Assembly (NCBI GenBank): GCA_023667435.1 | Contig: JAMPAB010000003.1 | Location: 3,176 to 67,175, forward strand | Direction: 5' to 3' | DNA: 64,000 nucleotides | Source of the DNA: Corallococcus sp. | GTDB taxonomy: Bacteria; Bacillota; Clostridia; Christensenellales; CAG-314 | Part shown: piece by piece, positions 1 through 9,794 of the stretch | Layout: every line of letters starts with the position of its first letter | How positions within the stretch are numbered: the stretch's first letter is position 1 | The notes under the pieces: generated by a model | What the model saw: the letters and a program-made list of their open reading frames with translations, nothing else | Told to the model about the DNA's origin: nothing | The model's database searches: none | Made by a program: the position numbers and the translations under genes

Positions 1-31
1 GAAAAGCAAGACATTTTTAGCGAGCAGCAAG

Positions 32-68
32 TTTAAAAAAATCCCGAAACAAATTTGCTTCGAGATTT
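32..68 (-). terminator. Intrinsic terminator downstream of parB
   Basis: 10-bp stem (39-48 / 59-68). Its one non-Watson-Crick pair is G-U only on the minus strand. A T-run follows on that strand (A-run 35-41 on plus). Confidence 0.7.
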
Positions 69-74
69 CGTTTT

Positions 75-1001
75 CTAATCTTCTTTACGGAATTTATCGC
101 TCATCCAGTTTTCGACCATTGAGGAGATTCGGTCCAAATCGTCCGACGTAAAATAATCTATATAAATTCGTCCCTTATTGCCGTTGCCCAAAGCGGTAAC
201 CTTCGTGGCGAACGCGCGCTGCATATTTCCGACAAGACTGACAAGCTCCTTGCTTTCTTCTGCAACGGGCTTTTGCTTTTCCGGTTTCGGATTTAAAAAA
301 TCACGCGCCATTTTTTCCATTTCGCGCACGGTCATTTTATTATCGCAACCTTTAAGCGCAAGCGCGTACTGTTTATCACGCGGAATCACGACTAGGGTGC
401 GAGCGTGTCCGGCGGAAAGCCTGCCTTGTTCTATCAGCGAAATGACGTCGTCGCTTAAAGTAAGCAAGCGCAGAGTATTCGCCACCGCAGAGCGGCTTTT
501 CCCTATACGGTCGGCGGCAACTTCCTGAGTCATATTGAATTCCGTCATCAACGTCTTGATTGCACGCGCGGCTTCTATGGGAGAAAGATCCTCGCGTTGC
601 AAATTTTCAATCAAACTGATTTCTTTTATTTGCTGCGGAGTATAATTGCGTATAATGGCAGGAATTTCGGTCTTTCCTGCGATTTTACTTGCTCTAAAAC
701 GACGTTCGCCGGCAATAATCATAAAACGCTTGCCGATGGGGGTAACTACGATGGGTTGAATTACGCCGTGCAGCTTAATACTGTCTGCCAATTCCGCCAA
801 AGCATCTTCGTCGAACTTTTTGCGCGGCTGTTCGTAATTGGGGTCGATATCGAGCAAAGAAATCTGTACCACGTTGTCGCTGCCCGATGCAATCGGCGTC
901 TGCTTTTTATCGACGGCAGGCTCCGACGGTTGAGTAAGTTCTTCTATATCGTTCATTCCCATCAAAGAGGCAAAGCCTCGTCCTAATCCTTTGTTAGCCA
1001 T
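75..1001 (-). CDS. parB: Chromosome partitioning protein ParB/Spo0J
   Basis: 308-aa ORF with N-terminal GLGRG and the ParB-box region IQPIVV..IIAGERRFRASK. It lies directly downstream of parA. Confidence 0.9.
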   Translation of the reverse strand: MANKGLGRGFASLMGMNDIEELTQPSEPAVDKKQTPIASGSDNVVQISLLDIDPNYEQPRKKFDEDALAELADSIKLHGVIQPIVVTPIGKRFMIIAGERRFRASKIAGKTEIPAIIRNYTPQQIKEISLIENLQREDLSPIEAARAIKTLMTEFNMTQEVAADRIGKSRSAVANTLRLLTLSDDVISLIEQGRLSAGHARTLVVIPRDKQYALALKGCDNKMTVREMEKMARDFLNPKPEKQKPVAEESKELVSLVGNMQRAFATKVTALGNGNKGRIYIDYFTSDDLDRISSMVENWMSDKFRKED

Positions 1002-1771
1002 TAGTTTTTTTCCTCTCTCTTTAAAAATTGTCGAGCAAGCGCATCATAAGCCAAAGCGCCGTTAGAATGCGGCGCATGCAGCATAATAGGAACGCCGAAA
1101 CTGGGAGATTCCACCAATTTTATATTGCGCGGCACGGGAACAGTGTAAATTTTGTCCCCGAAATATTTATAAATTTCTTCGGTTACTTGTTTGGACATCG
1201 TGGTACGAATATCGTACATCGTCAAAATTACGCCGTTTATATATAAGCGGGGATTTAAACGCTGTTTGACAATTTTAACGGTATTCATTAGCTGGCTTAA
1301 ACCTTCCAGCGCAAAAAATTCGCTTTGAATAGGAATTATCACTCCGTCGGAAGCGACAAGCGCGTTCAACGTAATCAAACCCAAACTGGGCGGACAGTCG
1401 ATAAAAATATAGTCATACTCGTCGATTATCGGAGTAAGCGCGCGTTTCAGTGCGCTTTCCCTAAACGGAATAGAAACGAGATCGACTTCGGCAGCGGCAA
1501 GATCGATATTGCTCGGTACAATCGACAGATTGTCGATAACCGAAGCTTTAACGACCTCGCTTACGGAACACGCTTCCATAAGCATATCGTAACAGGTATA
1601 TTCCAGTTGATTTTTTTCAATACCGAATCCGCTTGTGGCGTTGCCCTGCGGATCGAAATCCACAAGCAGAACCTTTTTGCCGAACTTAGCTACGTAAGCG
1701 GACAGATTGATTGCGGTCGTCGTTTTTCCGACCCCGCCTTTTTGGTTTGAAAAAGCAAATACTTTACCCAT
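1001..1771 (-). CDS. parA: ParA/Soj partitioning ATPase
   Basis: 256-aa ORF with the deviant Walker A motif NQKGGVGKTTT. Its stop overlaps the parB start, and GGAG precedes the ATG. Confidence 0.9.
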   Translation of the reverse strand: MGKVFAFSNQKGGVGKTTTAINLSAYVAKFGKKVLLVDFDPQGNATSGFGIEKNQLEYTCYDMLMEACSVSEVVKASVIDNLSIVPSNIDLAAAEVDLVSIPFRESALKRALTPIIDEYDYIFIDCPPSLGLITLNALVASDGVIIPIQSEFFALEGLSQLMNTVKIVKQRLNPRLYINGVILTMYDIRTTMSKQVTEEIYKYFGDKIYTVPVPRNIKLVESPSFGVPIMLHAPHSNGALAYDALARQFLKREEKN

Positions 1772-1892
1772 AATCGCTCCAAGTAAACAGTAAGCAAAAT
1801 AACTTATCGCTCAAACAATATCTCGTCGCAAAATCAACTGCCGACACAAACAGCGTAACAATCCGTCGAAGATTAAAATACGTTCGTCATTT

Positions 1893-1990
1893 TATTGTAT
1901 CGTACACGAGCAATGCGGCTCGCAGAACTCGACAATCAACGTGATACGATGTAATAAACAGTAGCTAAGCGCCGTAGACGTAGTCTGTTG
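1893..1990 (-). repeat. Module C: degenerate minus-strand copy of the phased-repeat plus hairpin module, in the parAB leader
   Basis: Minus strand reads CAACAGACTACGTCTACGG..TTTATTAC, then arm ATCGTATCACG, a 31-nt loop (TTGAT...ATTGCT), and arm CGTGTACGAT plus ACAATA. The arms match module A1 and the loop ends match A2/B. Confidence 0.5.
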
Positions 1991-1994
1991 TTTT

Positions 1995-2023
1995 ATTGTA
2001 ACATAAATCGCAAACTTTTTCAA
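1995..2023 (-). promoter_or_regulatory. Sigma-70-type promoter TTGAAA-17-TACAAT facing parA
   Basis: Reverse complement of 2018-2023 is TTGAAA and of 1995-2000 is TACAAT, with an exact 17-nt spacer. It lies immediately upstream of module C. Confidence 0.6.
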
Positions 2024-2431
2024 CAATAAATACGCTGTTGCGCAAAATTTCTGCTCGGCGCCGTTTTTCGCCGATTTCAAAGACGAACGAAGTTGATTTT
2101 ACAATCCTACCGAAAAGAATTTACAAATAACAAAGCCGTACAAGAAATAAATATATAATGCGCAAGTATTTCGATTTAAATGCGTTTCTTGTGCTATTTC
2201 AAACATAACTACTACGGCAATCGACTTCGATTTATTCGCAAATAAGGCGACGCATAAATACAATAAAAAGGTTGTAATGTTTACTCTTTACGTTGCCGCA
2301 TTTATAATTTAACTTCCTCTAAGCCGCAACGCGAACAAAACTTTCGTGTCTATATCTATGCAGTTGCTTGTCGATTTTCCGATAAAGTGTTACAATTAAA
2401 CAAAGAAAAATCCCTACGTTCAGGAGACGGT

Positions 2432-3730
2432 ATGAACACAACAATCGTAGCTCGGTCAACAGCCGAAGGACGCTCCGCAATCGCCGTTATAAGAATGAGC
2501 GGCGACGACGCAATAAATATAGCTAAAAAAATTTTCGAGCCGTTCCCGCCAAAAGCTAATCTATTAAAAGTAGGCACGTTGCACACGGCGCAATTTGACG
2601 AACATGCAATGTGCGTATATTTCAACGCGCCGCATTCATATACGGGAGAAGACACTGTGGAGTTTCACTGTCACGGAGGAATCGCCGTTTGTCGAGCGGT
2701 CATAGAACAATGTATTGCAAACGGAGCAATTCCCGCGCAAAACGGCGAGTTCAGCAAACGCGCTTTCATCAACGGAAAACAAAATCTTACGAATGCCGAA
2801 GGCATAATAGAAATGATCGACGCGGAAACAGCATCGGCTGCGAAAGCAGGAGCAAACTTGTTGGAAAACAAGTTAGGGAAAAAAGTGGTCGAATTGCAAA
2901 ACTCCCTTCTCGATGCCGTCGCTTCTTGCGAAGCGGCGTTGGATTACCCCGAAGAAGATTTGGAATTACCTACCGTATCATCTTCGAAAGCCATTCTCGA
3001 CCGCATAATAACGGAAATTGACAAACTGATTTCGACGTCAACGTTAGGCAAGTTCGCAAAATACGGCATTAACGTAGCCATCGTCGGGGCGCCTAACGTA
3101 GGAAAATCCAGCATTTTAAACGCATTGCTCGGAACAGACAGAGCAATCGTATCGGAAATTCAAGGCACAACAAGAGACACTCTGACAGAATCTGTAAATT
3201 ACAAAGACATAAAGTTTAACTTTGTAGACACCGCCGGTATACGGGAAACCGACGACGTTGTAGAAAAAGAGGGGGTAAAACGCGCGCAACGCGCCGCAGA
3301 CAGCGCAGACGTAGTTCTGCACGTCACGGATAATCCTCTCGATCGTTCGGTATATCCCACAATACGTCCGCAAATAAGAATTTATAACAAAAGCGACCTT
3401 TACGACAGCTCCCCCTGCTGCGTAGACAGCCTGATAGTCTCGGCGAAGAGCGGCGACGTAGAGATAATCAAATCTGCTTTATACGAAATGTTTAGCGCGG
3501 GAGATATAGAGAATTCCGACTTGCTTATTACAAACGAAAGACACTTGTCCTGCTTAAAAAAAGCGAAAGACGAGTTGCTTTCCGCGAAACGCGCATGCGA
3601 CGGATATACTCTGGACGTCGTCGCAAGCGCAATGAAACAGGCATGGGAAACATTGGGACAAATAACGGGATCTACGGCAAACGAAGAAATCATCGACAGA
3701 ATATACAGCAAATTTTGCTTGGGCAAATAA
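2432..3730 (+). CDS. mnmE: tRNA modification GTPase MnmE (TrmE)
   Basis: ORF with IVGAPNVGKSS (G1), DTAG (G3) and the C-terminal FCLGK tail. Start moved to the ATG at 2432, which is preceded by AGGAGA. Confidence 0.9.
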   Translation: MNTTIVARSTAEGRSAIAVIRMSGDDAINIAKKIFEPFPPKANLLKVGTLHTAQFDEHAMCVYFNAPHSYTGEDTVEFHCHGGIAVCRAVIEQCIANGAIPAQNGEFSKRAFINGKQNLTNAEGIIEMIDAETASAAKAGANLLENKLGKKVVELQNSLLDAVASCEAALDYPEEDLELPTVSSSKAILDRIITEIDKLISTSTLGKFAKYGINVAIVGAPNVGKSSILNALLGTDRAIVSEIQGTTRDTLTESVNYKDIKFNFVDTAGIRETDDVVEKEGVKRAQRAADSADVVLHVTDNPLDRSVYPTIRPQIRIYNKSDLYDSSPCCVDSLIVSAKSGDVEIIKSALYEMFSAGDIENSDLLITNERHLSCLKKAKDELLSAKRACDGYTLDVVASAMKQAWETLGQITGSTANEEIIDRIYSKFCLGK

Positions 3731-3886
3731 AACAAAACGGTTTTAGGCAGAATACGTTCGAAGAATTATAATTGCGTTACAAAACGTTTCAAACGAATAA
3801 AACCGTTTATAAAAGCCTTTTTATGACGCATTATAACTGTAAATTCGAAAGCAAAACCGTTTTACCGCAAAGAGGAGTACGTAAAA

Positions 3887-5740
3887 TTGAAAAACTTCGA
3901 CGTCATCGTAATAGGCGCAGGACACGCCGGTTGCGAAGCTGCGTTAGCTTCGGCAAGATTAGGTTGTTCCACGTTGCTTTTGGCGACCAATTTAGATACG
4001 GTTGCCTTTTTGGCGTGCAATCCTAGCATAGGCGGCACGGCAAAAGGACAAATTGTAAAGGAAATCGACGCTCTCGGCGGAGAAATGGCTGTCAATGCAG
4101 ACAAAAGTCTTCTGCAAATGCGTATGTTAAATCGCGGCAAAGGACCTGCGGTTTACTCTCCGCGCGCTCAAGTAGACAAAAACGTATATCACGCAACGAT
4201 GAAGCAGACCGTAGAAAACACTCCTAATTTATATTTACGGCAGGGCGAGGCGACAAAAATCGACGTTAATTCCAACGGAACCTTTTCCGTTACAACCGCC
4301 GTAGGCTTATCCTATACGGCAAAATCCGTAGTGGTATGCTGCGGAGTATACCTCAATTCTAAGACCATTGTAGGGCAATGCGTCAAAAACAGCGGACCGA
4401 ACGGATTTTCAAATGCAAATTTTCTGTCTCAGAGCCTCGTTTCGTTAGGTTTTGCCGTACGTCGCTTTAAAACGGGTACTCCCGCGCGGGTAAGAATGAA
4501 GTCAATCGATTTAAATAAGACGACGGAGCAGCGCGGAGAAGAAGACGTTAAACCTTTTTCCTTCCTGACGGAAAGCATACCCGCAACAAAACGCAGCTGT
4601 TATCTTACTTATTCTACCGCTAAAACGAAAGAAATAATTCTGAAAAACAAACATCTTGCGCCAATATACAACGGAACGATAGACGGCACGGGACCGCGCT
4701 ACTGCCCGAGCATCGAAGACAAAGTAGTACGATTCGCCGATAAAGAACGTCATCAGATCTTCCTCGAACCCGAAGCGGAGGATACTTGCGAATTTTACGT
4801 GCAAGGCGCGTCATCGTCAATGCCTGCGGCAATTCAGGAACAGATTTATCACAGCATAGAAGGACTGGAAAACGTAGAAATCATGCGCGACGCGTACGCC
4901 ATAGAATACGACTGTATCGACGCAACGGAGCTCGATTCGGCTCTCATGTCGAAAAAAATCAAAGGTCTGTTTTTTGCGGGGCAGATAAACGGCACAAGCG
5001 GTTATGAGGAGGCAGGCGCGCAGGGTATAGTAGCAGGTATAAACGCCGAACGCTACGTTCACGATAAACCGCCCTTCACGTTACGCAGAGATAACAGTTA
5101 TATAGGCGTTCTCATCGACGATATAACTACAAAAGAAACCGTCGAACCGTACCGTATGATGACAAGCCGCGCGGAATACCGTTTGATTCTGCGTCAAGAT
5201 AATGCCGACTTACGTCTAACGGAGCTGGGAAAAGAAATCGGTCTCGTGTCCGACGAACGGTATCGAAAATTTCTTCACAAAAAAGCGCAGATTTCCAACG
5301 CGCAAAAGGAGTTGGCAAAGATTGTATCTCCCAAAATTTACGCTCCGCTTTTCAATGAAAAGAACGAGGTTGTAACAAACGCGGGAATGACGGTTGAGGA
5401 AATACTGAGACGCCCCAACATAACCGCAAAAGATATGCAGACGTTGGGATTTTTCAAAGACGTTGACGACGACGCGCTATACGAAATAGAAGTGGAATGT
5501 AAATATCGCGGATATATCGAAAAGGAAAACGAAGCAATCGCTCAGGCAAATAAGCTGGAAAGTAAACCTCTTCCGAAAGATATAGATTATGCGGCAATCG
5601 AAGGGCTGCGAATAGAGGCACGTCAAAAACTGAACAAAATACGTCCGCAAAATTTGGGACAGGCAGGGAGAATATCGGGAGTGTCGCCTGCCGACATACA
5701 AATTCTAATCGTTCACCTTTCACAAAAAAGATTAAAATAA
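3887..5740 (+). CDS. mnmG: tRNA uridine 5-carboxymethylaminomethyl modification enzyme MnmG (GidA)
   Basis: 617-aa ORF with the FAD-binding motif DVIVIGAGHAGCEAA. TTG start preceded by AGAGGAG. Confidence 0.9.
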   Translation: MKNFDVIVIGAGHAGCEAALASARLGCSTLLLATNLDTVAFLACNPSIGGTAKGQIVKEIDALGGEMAVNADKSLLQMRMLNRGKGPAVYSPRAQVDKNVYHATMKQTVENTPNLYLRQGEATKIDVNSNGTFSVTTAVGLSYTAKSVVVCCGVYLNSKTIVGQCVKNSGPNGFSNANFLSQSLVSLGFAVRRFKTGTPARVRMKSIDLNKTTEQRGEEDVKPFSFLTESIPATKRSCYLTYSTAKTKEIILKNKHLAPIYNGTIDGTGPRYCPSIEDKVVRFADKERHQIFLEPEAEDTCEFYVQGASSSMPAAIQEQIYHSIEGLENVEIMRDAYAIEYDCIDATELDSALMSKKIKGLFFAGQINGTSGYEEAGAQGIVAGINAERYVHDKPPFTLRRDNSYIGVLIDDITTKETVEPYRMMTSRAEYRLILRQDNADLRLTELGKEIGLVSDERYRKFLHKKAQISNAQKELAKIVSPKIYAPLFNEKNEVVTNAGMTVEEILRRPNITAKDMQTLGFFKDVDDDALYEIEVECKYRGYIEKENEAIAQANKLESKPLPKDIDYAAIEGLRIEARQKLNKIRPQNLGQAGRISGVSPADIQILIVHLSQKRLK

Positions 5741-5741
5741 T

Positions 5742-5778
5742 TGTACAGGTAACGCGGTTTAACCTCATTACTTGCGCA
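5742..5778. repeat. 35-nt palindromic intergenic element, copy 1 (degenerate)
   Basis: TGTACAGGTAACGCGGTTTAACCTCATTACTTGCGCA, 2 nt after the mnmG stop. Related to the copies at 13616 and 28233. Confidence 0.55.
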
Positions 5779-5794
5779 TTTTAATAAACTCAAA

Positions 5795-6475
5795 ATGATA
5801 AAAGACTACATACTGCAACAAACAAATATCGAATTGACAGACGCTATGCAAGACAAGTTTGCAACGTACTTCGACTTTTTGATTGAGGAAAACGGAAAAT
5901 ACAATCTTACCGCAATCACCGAACGCGAAAACGTTTACGTCAAACACTTTGCAGACAGCATTTTAGGAAGCGTAGCGATACCCCTCAACGCCAATCTGGT
6001 AGATATAGGGAGCGGCGCGGGATTTCCGTCTCTGCCTTTAAAAATCGTACGCCACGACATATACGTTACACTTGTAGACAGCCTCGAAAAACGTATAAAC
6101 TTTACAAAATCGCTGTGCGGCAAACTTGACATAAGCGCAGAGTTTCATCACGCGAGGGCAGAAGATTTCTCCAAAACATATTCCGAACGTTTTGACGTTG
6201 CAACGGCGCGAGCGGTAGCGCCGTTACAGACGCTGCTGGAATACGTCGCGCAAGCGGTAAAAATAAACGGCATAGTCCTGGCGTACAAAACCGACGAGAG
6301 CGAGCTTTCCGCTGCGACAAACGCGTGCAAAACGCTGGGATTACGGCACGAACATTCGTACAAATTTGTCTTGCCCGACGGCAGTAACCGCTGTCTGCTT
6401 ACGTTCCGCAAAACGTCTCATACCCCCGCAAAATATCCGCGCGGACAAAATAAACCGCGCAAACAGCCGTTGTAA
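5795..6475 (+). CDS. rsmG: 16S rRNA (guanine527-N7)-methyltransferase RsmG (GidB)
   Basis: 226-aa ORF with the SAM motif DIGSGAGFP, in conserved synteny after mnmG. Confidence 0.85.
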   Translation: MIKDYILQQTNIELTDAMQDKFATYFDFLIEENGKYNLTAITERENVYVKHFADSILGSVAIPLNANLVDIGSGAGFPSLPLKIVRHDIYVTLVDSLEKRINFTKSLCGKLDISAEFHHARAEDFSKTYSERFDVATARAVAPLQTLLEYVAQAVKINGIVLAYKTDESELSAATNACKTLGLRHEHSYKFVLPDGSNRCLLTFRKTSHTPAKYPRGQNKPRKQPL

Positions 6476-6482
6476 AAAAATC

Positions 6483-6997
6483 ATGGAAGAATATTGAGAT
6501 ATTTACGATAAAGACAGAGTATTTCAAAACAGAACAATACGGCGCGACGATCCGTTTAAAGACGGCGTTACTACGTTTGCTGCGAAGCGTGGATTGTCAA
6601 TTTCAAAGGCGAACTGCTTGTAACCAAACGTCATCCAAACAAAAAAGCGGGCGGACTTTGGGAGTTTGTCGGCGGAGGCGTACTCGCCGGCGAAACCACA
6701 GAGCGCGCGACCGTACGGGAGATAAAGGAAGAAATCGGCATCTGCGTTGCGGAAACCGACTTACATTTTCTTTACGAATACAGAAGCAAAAATTACTTTA
6801 TGGATATTTATCTTGTTAACAAGGATCCGTTAACCAGCAATTTAGTTTTAAACAAAACCGAAACAACCGACGCCAAATGGGTGACCGAACAAGAACTGCG
6901 AAAAATGATCGACAGGCGGCAAGTCGTCCGTTCCGTTGCTATTCGTTACAATTTACTTAAAGATAAGCTTTTGCGCCTCATTAAACAAACGTTTTAA
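6483..6997 (+). pseudogene. NUDIX hydrolase pseudogene (in-frame TGA plus 1-nt frameshift)
   Basis: Reads MEEY-TGA-DIYDKDRV..PFKDGV, then a -1 frame change near 6566-6572 into YYVCCEAWIVNFKGELLVTKR..GGGVLAGETTERATVREIKEEIGI (Nudix box). The TGA at 6495-6497 sits where family members have Trp. Confidence 0.6.
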
Positions 6998-7273
6998 TGA
7001 AACGTTATTCATTTGAAGTTAAAAATTCTGTCTAAACGCCCGTATCAACCATTATAAAAGGATTTTGCCGCATAAAAAATAACTGTCATTTCAACAGCAT
7101 AAAATCAAAAGCTATACGTAAAAATAATCCGACGACTCCGTAAATACGTTGAAATCCACAATAAACTCGGTTAAGCTTTTTTTATAGAATTCATTCTCGT
7201 AATAAGACACGGGGCAATAGCACGTAAAAAACTACTACCGCCCCTTTGTTTAGCTTTAAATCTTCTGTTTGCG

Positions 7274-8980
7274 TTAAGGATTGTAGTTATTTATATTGTC
7301 CGTAAGCGTCTTCAATTTAGTCTGCATATACGTGGCGTAAGCGACGTTGCCCGTGTTGGTAGCGTCAAACGCCAAATTATTAGTCTTTATCGCCGACGAC
7401 GTATATTGAGCATACTTAGATTTAAAATTGTTCTTGTAATTGTCAAACGTCAACGCCGTCAACGCTTGCGAAGAATTTAACGTCAGCAAATTCTGACGGT
7501 ACAGACTAAGCGCAGATCCGCTGCCTGTGGGAGCGCCTTTATCTATAAGATTTATATACAGCGGGTTCGTTTGTCCGCCGCCCGTTGCCGCAACGGTACG
7601 GGTATACGGCGTAACGTTCATATTTGCGCTTCCTGTAGGATTCCAATCCTTCGTAATTCCCAAACATCTGTCGTAATCGTACGGAATAATTATCGCCCTG
7701 CCGTCGGCGCGGAAATACAAATAATAGTTGTTGTAATTGTTGCGTATACAGTCGGGGTTGCCTAATATGTAATTTACCGCTTCGAATTTTGCAAAATATT
7801 CTACGTCTATAAGTTTGGAATAATCGGCGTTCGACTTATTGAGAGCGGTGATAAAATTTTTAACGGAAGACAAATCGCGCAATCCCGTCGTTGCGTTTTT
7901 CTTTTTATTCGTCTTTTTATCGTAGCTGTAAAACTCTCCTTTCAACTCGTCCTCGACGCCTACGCGTTTGTCTAATTCGTTTGTCGTCAAATCGGCAGGT
8001 CCCGTTGTCGTATACGTACATTTCCACAAATCTCCGACTTTCGCCTCTCCGATGTTTCTGGTAACGAATACCTCGTCTATCGGTTCGTATATTCTGTATA
8101 CGCCTAAGTTTTTCTTCGTTTTATTTTTTTCCAGCGCCGTTAACGAACAAAGCGTAACGTTCGGCGCGTATATGCCGTTGTCGCGAAAAAGCTTCATAGC
8201 ATAAAGCTCGCGTACGTAAGTTTCGTCGGCGGTAGAATTATACTTGATATCTATTTTTTCCATTCCGCCGAGCGTTCTGTTTTTGCGCGCGGCGCGTTCG
8301 GACGCGTTAGACCAAACTTTTAACTCATCTTGCGTATAACCGTCGCTTACATCGTCAAACGTCTGCTTGAAAGACAGTTTCATATGTATATTGTTTGTAA
8401 ATCCGCCGTTCGAATAAAATGCGTGACGCGAAGTATTGCCTTTCATACGAACGCCGACTTCTTCGTAATAATAATTCAACCAACCGTTACCGTCGTCTAT
8501 TCCTATAATAACGCTGTTCGCCATTCGGTATATGGGAGATTTGCCGCCTTTGCTTAAAAAATCGATATAGTCCTGATTCAGTTTTTTCCACTCGGCGTCG
8601 GACATATCTATATCTATCGCAACCGTAGAATTTTCACTGAACAGCGCTTCGTAAACTTTATTTTCGCTTCCGGAAACGTACCTTGCGGTAAACGTTTTAT
8701 TTTGCGCGTAACTTTTCGAAGAATCGAATTTTTCGTCGCCGTAAAACCAACCGCTAAACGCATATCCGTCTCGATGAGGTTCTTCGCTCACCTGTACTTT
8801 TCCGTTTTCCTCGTAAGGATGCGCCGTCAACGTTGTCCCTCCGTCGGAAAAAACTCCTTCTCCCGACAAAAAAGTTATTACGACGTTCTCGTTCACGGGA
8901 GGATTCGCTTCGATCAGTCCGCAAGCCGCAAGCGATACGAGCATTATTGCTAGCAAGATGATTATCGCCGTTTTTTTCAT
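7274..8980 (-). CDS. CotH-family (spore-coat kinase-like) lipoprotein
   Basis: 568-aa ORF with a signal peptide and lipobox (LSLAAC), a GYAFSGWFYGDEKF repeat, and the CotH-like NNYYLYF..IIPYDYDRCLG motif. Confidence 0.7.
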   Translation of the reverse strand: MKKTAIIILLAIMLVSLAACGLIEANPPVNENVVITFLSGEGVFSDGGTTLTAHPYEENGKVQVSEEPHRDGYAFSGWFYGDEKFDSSKSYAQNKTFTARYVSGSENKVYEALFSENSTVAIDIDMSDAEWKKLNQDYIDFLSKGGKSPIYRMANSVIIGIDDGNGWLNYYYEEVGVRMKGNTSRHAFYSNGGFTNNIHMKLSFKQTFDDVSDGYTQDELKVWSNASERAARKNRTLGGMEKIDIKYNSTADETYVRELYAMKLFRDNGIYAPNVTLCSLTALEKNKTKKNLGVYRIYEPIDEVFVTRNIGEAKVGDLWKCTYTTTGPADLTTNELDKRVGVEDELKGEFYSYDKKTNKKKNATTGLRDLSSVKNFITALNKSNADYSKLIDVEYFAKFEAVNYILGNPDCIRNNYNNYYLYFRADGRAIIIPYDYDRCLGITKDWNPTGSANMNVTPYTRTVAATGGGQTNPLYINLIDKGAPTGSGSALSLYRQNLLTLNSSQALTALTFDNYKNNFKSKYAQYTSSAIKTNNLAFDATNTGNVAYATYMQTKLKTLTDNINNYNP

Positions 8981-9181
8981 TTCAAAACTCCTTTATTGCT
9001 ATTTAGCGATTAAACACACGCCGAAAGCGTTACTGTTGCGAATAAACGCTTTCAAACGTTTTTCTCCGTAGGTAACCGACGTTTTTTTGTAAAACATTGA
9101 AGAAACGTTCATAAAAGTATAGCCTGCTAAACTCAACTTGTGAGCATAGCGGGCTAATCTCGGCGTTTATTTTTGTATTGT

Positions 9182-9793
9182 TTATCTTCTTCTTTTCTTT
9201 TCGCTGCGATAGACGAAATTCAACGTTTTTCTCGGCGCATTTGGCGCGTTAAGAATATCGCTTTGCTGCAAAGGAAGTACGACCACGTGTCGGGACAATC
9301 CTTCGCCCTCGCTTTGAGTAGTAACATATTTGCTTCCCTGCAAAGAAGTGTGTATTATACGTCTTTCGTAAGGATTCATCGGTTCGAGCTTTACGGAACG
9401 TCCCGTACGTTTTACTTTTTGTTCGAGATTGCTTGCCAAACGTTGCAAGCTCTTTTCGCGTTTGCTGCGGTAACCTTCCGCATCTAACGTCACCCGTTTG
9501 TAATTGCCGCGCGTTCCGCTCAAGATAAGATTGCATAAATATTGCAACGCATCCAACGTTTCTCCGCGATACCCTATTGCGTGAGAGGCATTGTCGCCTA
9601 TAACGTTCAACTTAACGGTGTCTCCGTCCGTTTTCATTTCCACAGCGCAGCCGTCAAGCTCCATTTTGCTCAATATGTTTTCCAAAAACTCTTTTACTTT
9701 GTTTGCTTCGTCGCTTGCCGTTTCAGTCTGTTCTTCGGCAACGCTTTCCGCGACTTCCGAAATTTCGTCGTTTTTCTTTGACTTTCTCATCAT
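9182..9793 (-). CDS. jag: Jag/KhpB RNA-binding protein (Jag_N, KH, R3H)
   Basis: 203-aa ORF with the R3H signature LEPMNPYERRIIHTSL. It lies downstream of yidC, as in other Firmicutes. Confidence 0.85.
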   Translation of the reverse strand: MMRKSKKNDEISEVAESVAEEQTETASDEANKVKEFLENILSKMELDGCAVEMKTDGDTVKLNVIGDNASHAIGYRGETLDALQYLCNLILSGTRGNYKRVTLDAEGYRSKREKSLQRLASNLEQKVKRTGRSVKLEPMNPYERRIIHTSLQGSKYVTTQSEGEGLSRHVVVLPLQQSDILNAPNAPRKTLNFVYRSEKKRRR

Positions 9794-9794
9794 A

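Noticed and set aside
1-2400. A canonical parS site (TGTTNCACGTGAAACA) near parAB.
   Set aside because: No full or near-full match was spotted in or around parB/parA in this window. It may lie elsewhere.
6495-6497. TGA read as Trp (alternative genetic code) in the NUDIX gene.
   Set aside because: TGA clearly terminates well-supported genes in this window (TIR gene, nagA, CPBP protease, gerA A subunit). The same NUDIX gene also needs a frameshift, so a pseudogene fits better.
6577-6819. The 80-aa ORF in the track at 6577-6819.
   Set aside because: It is the wrong frame of the NUDIX pseudogene. The Nudix box is encoded in the frame of 6800-6997.
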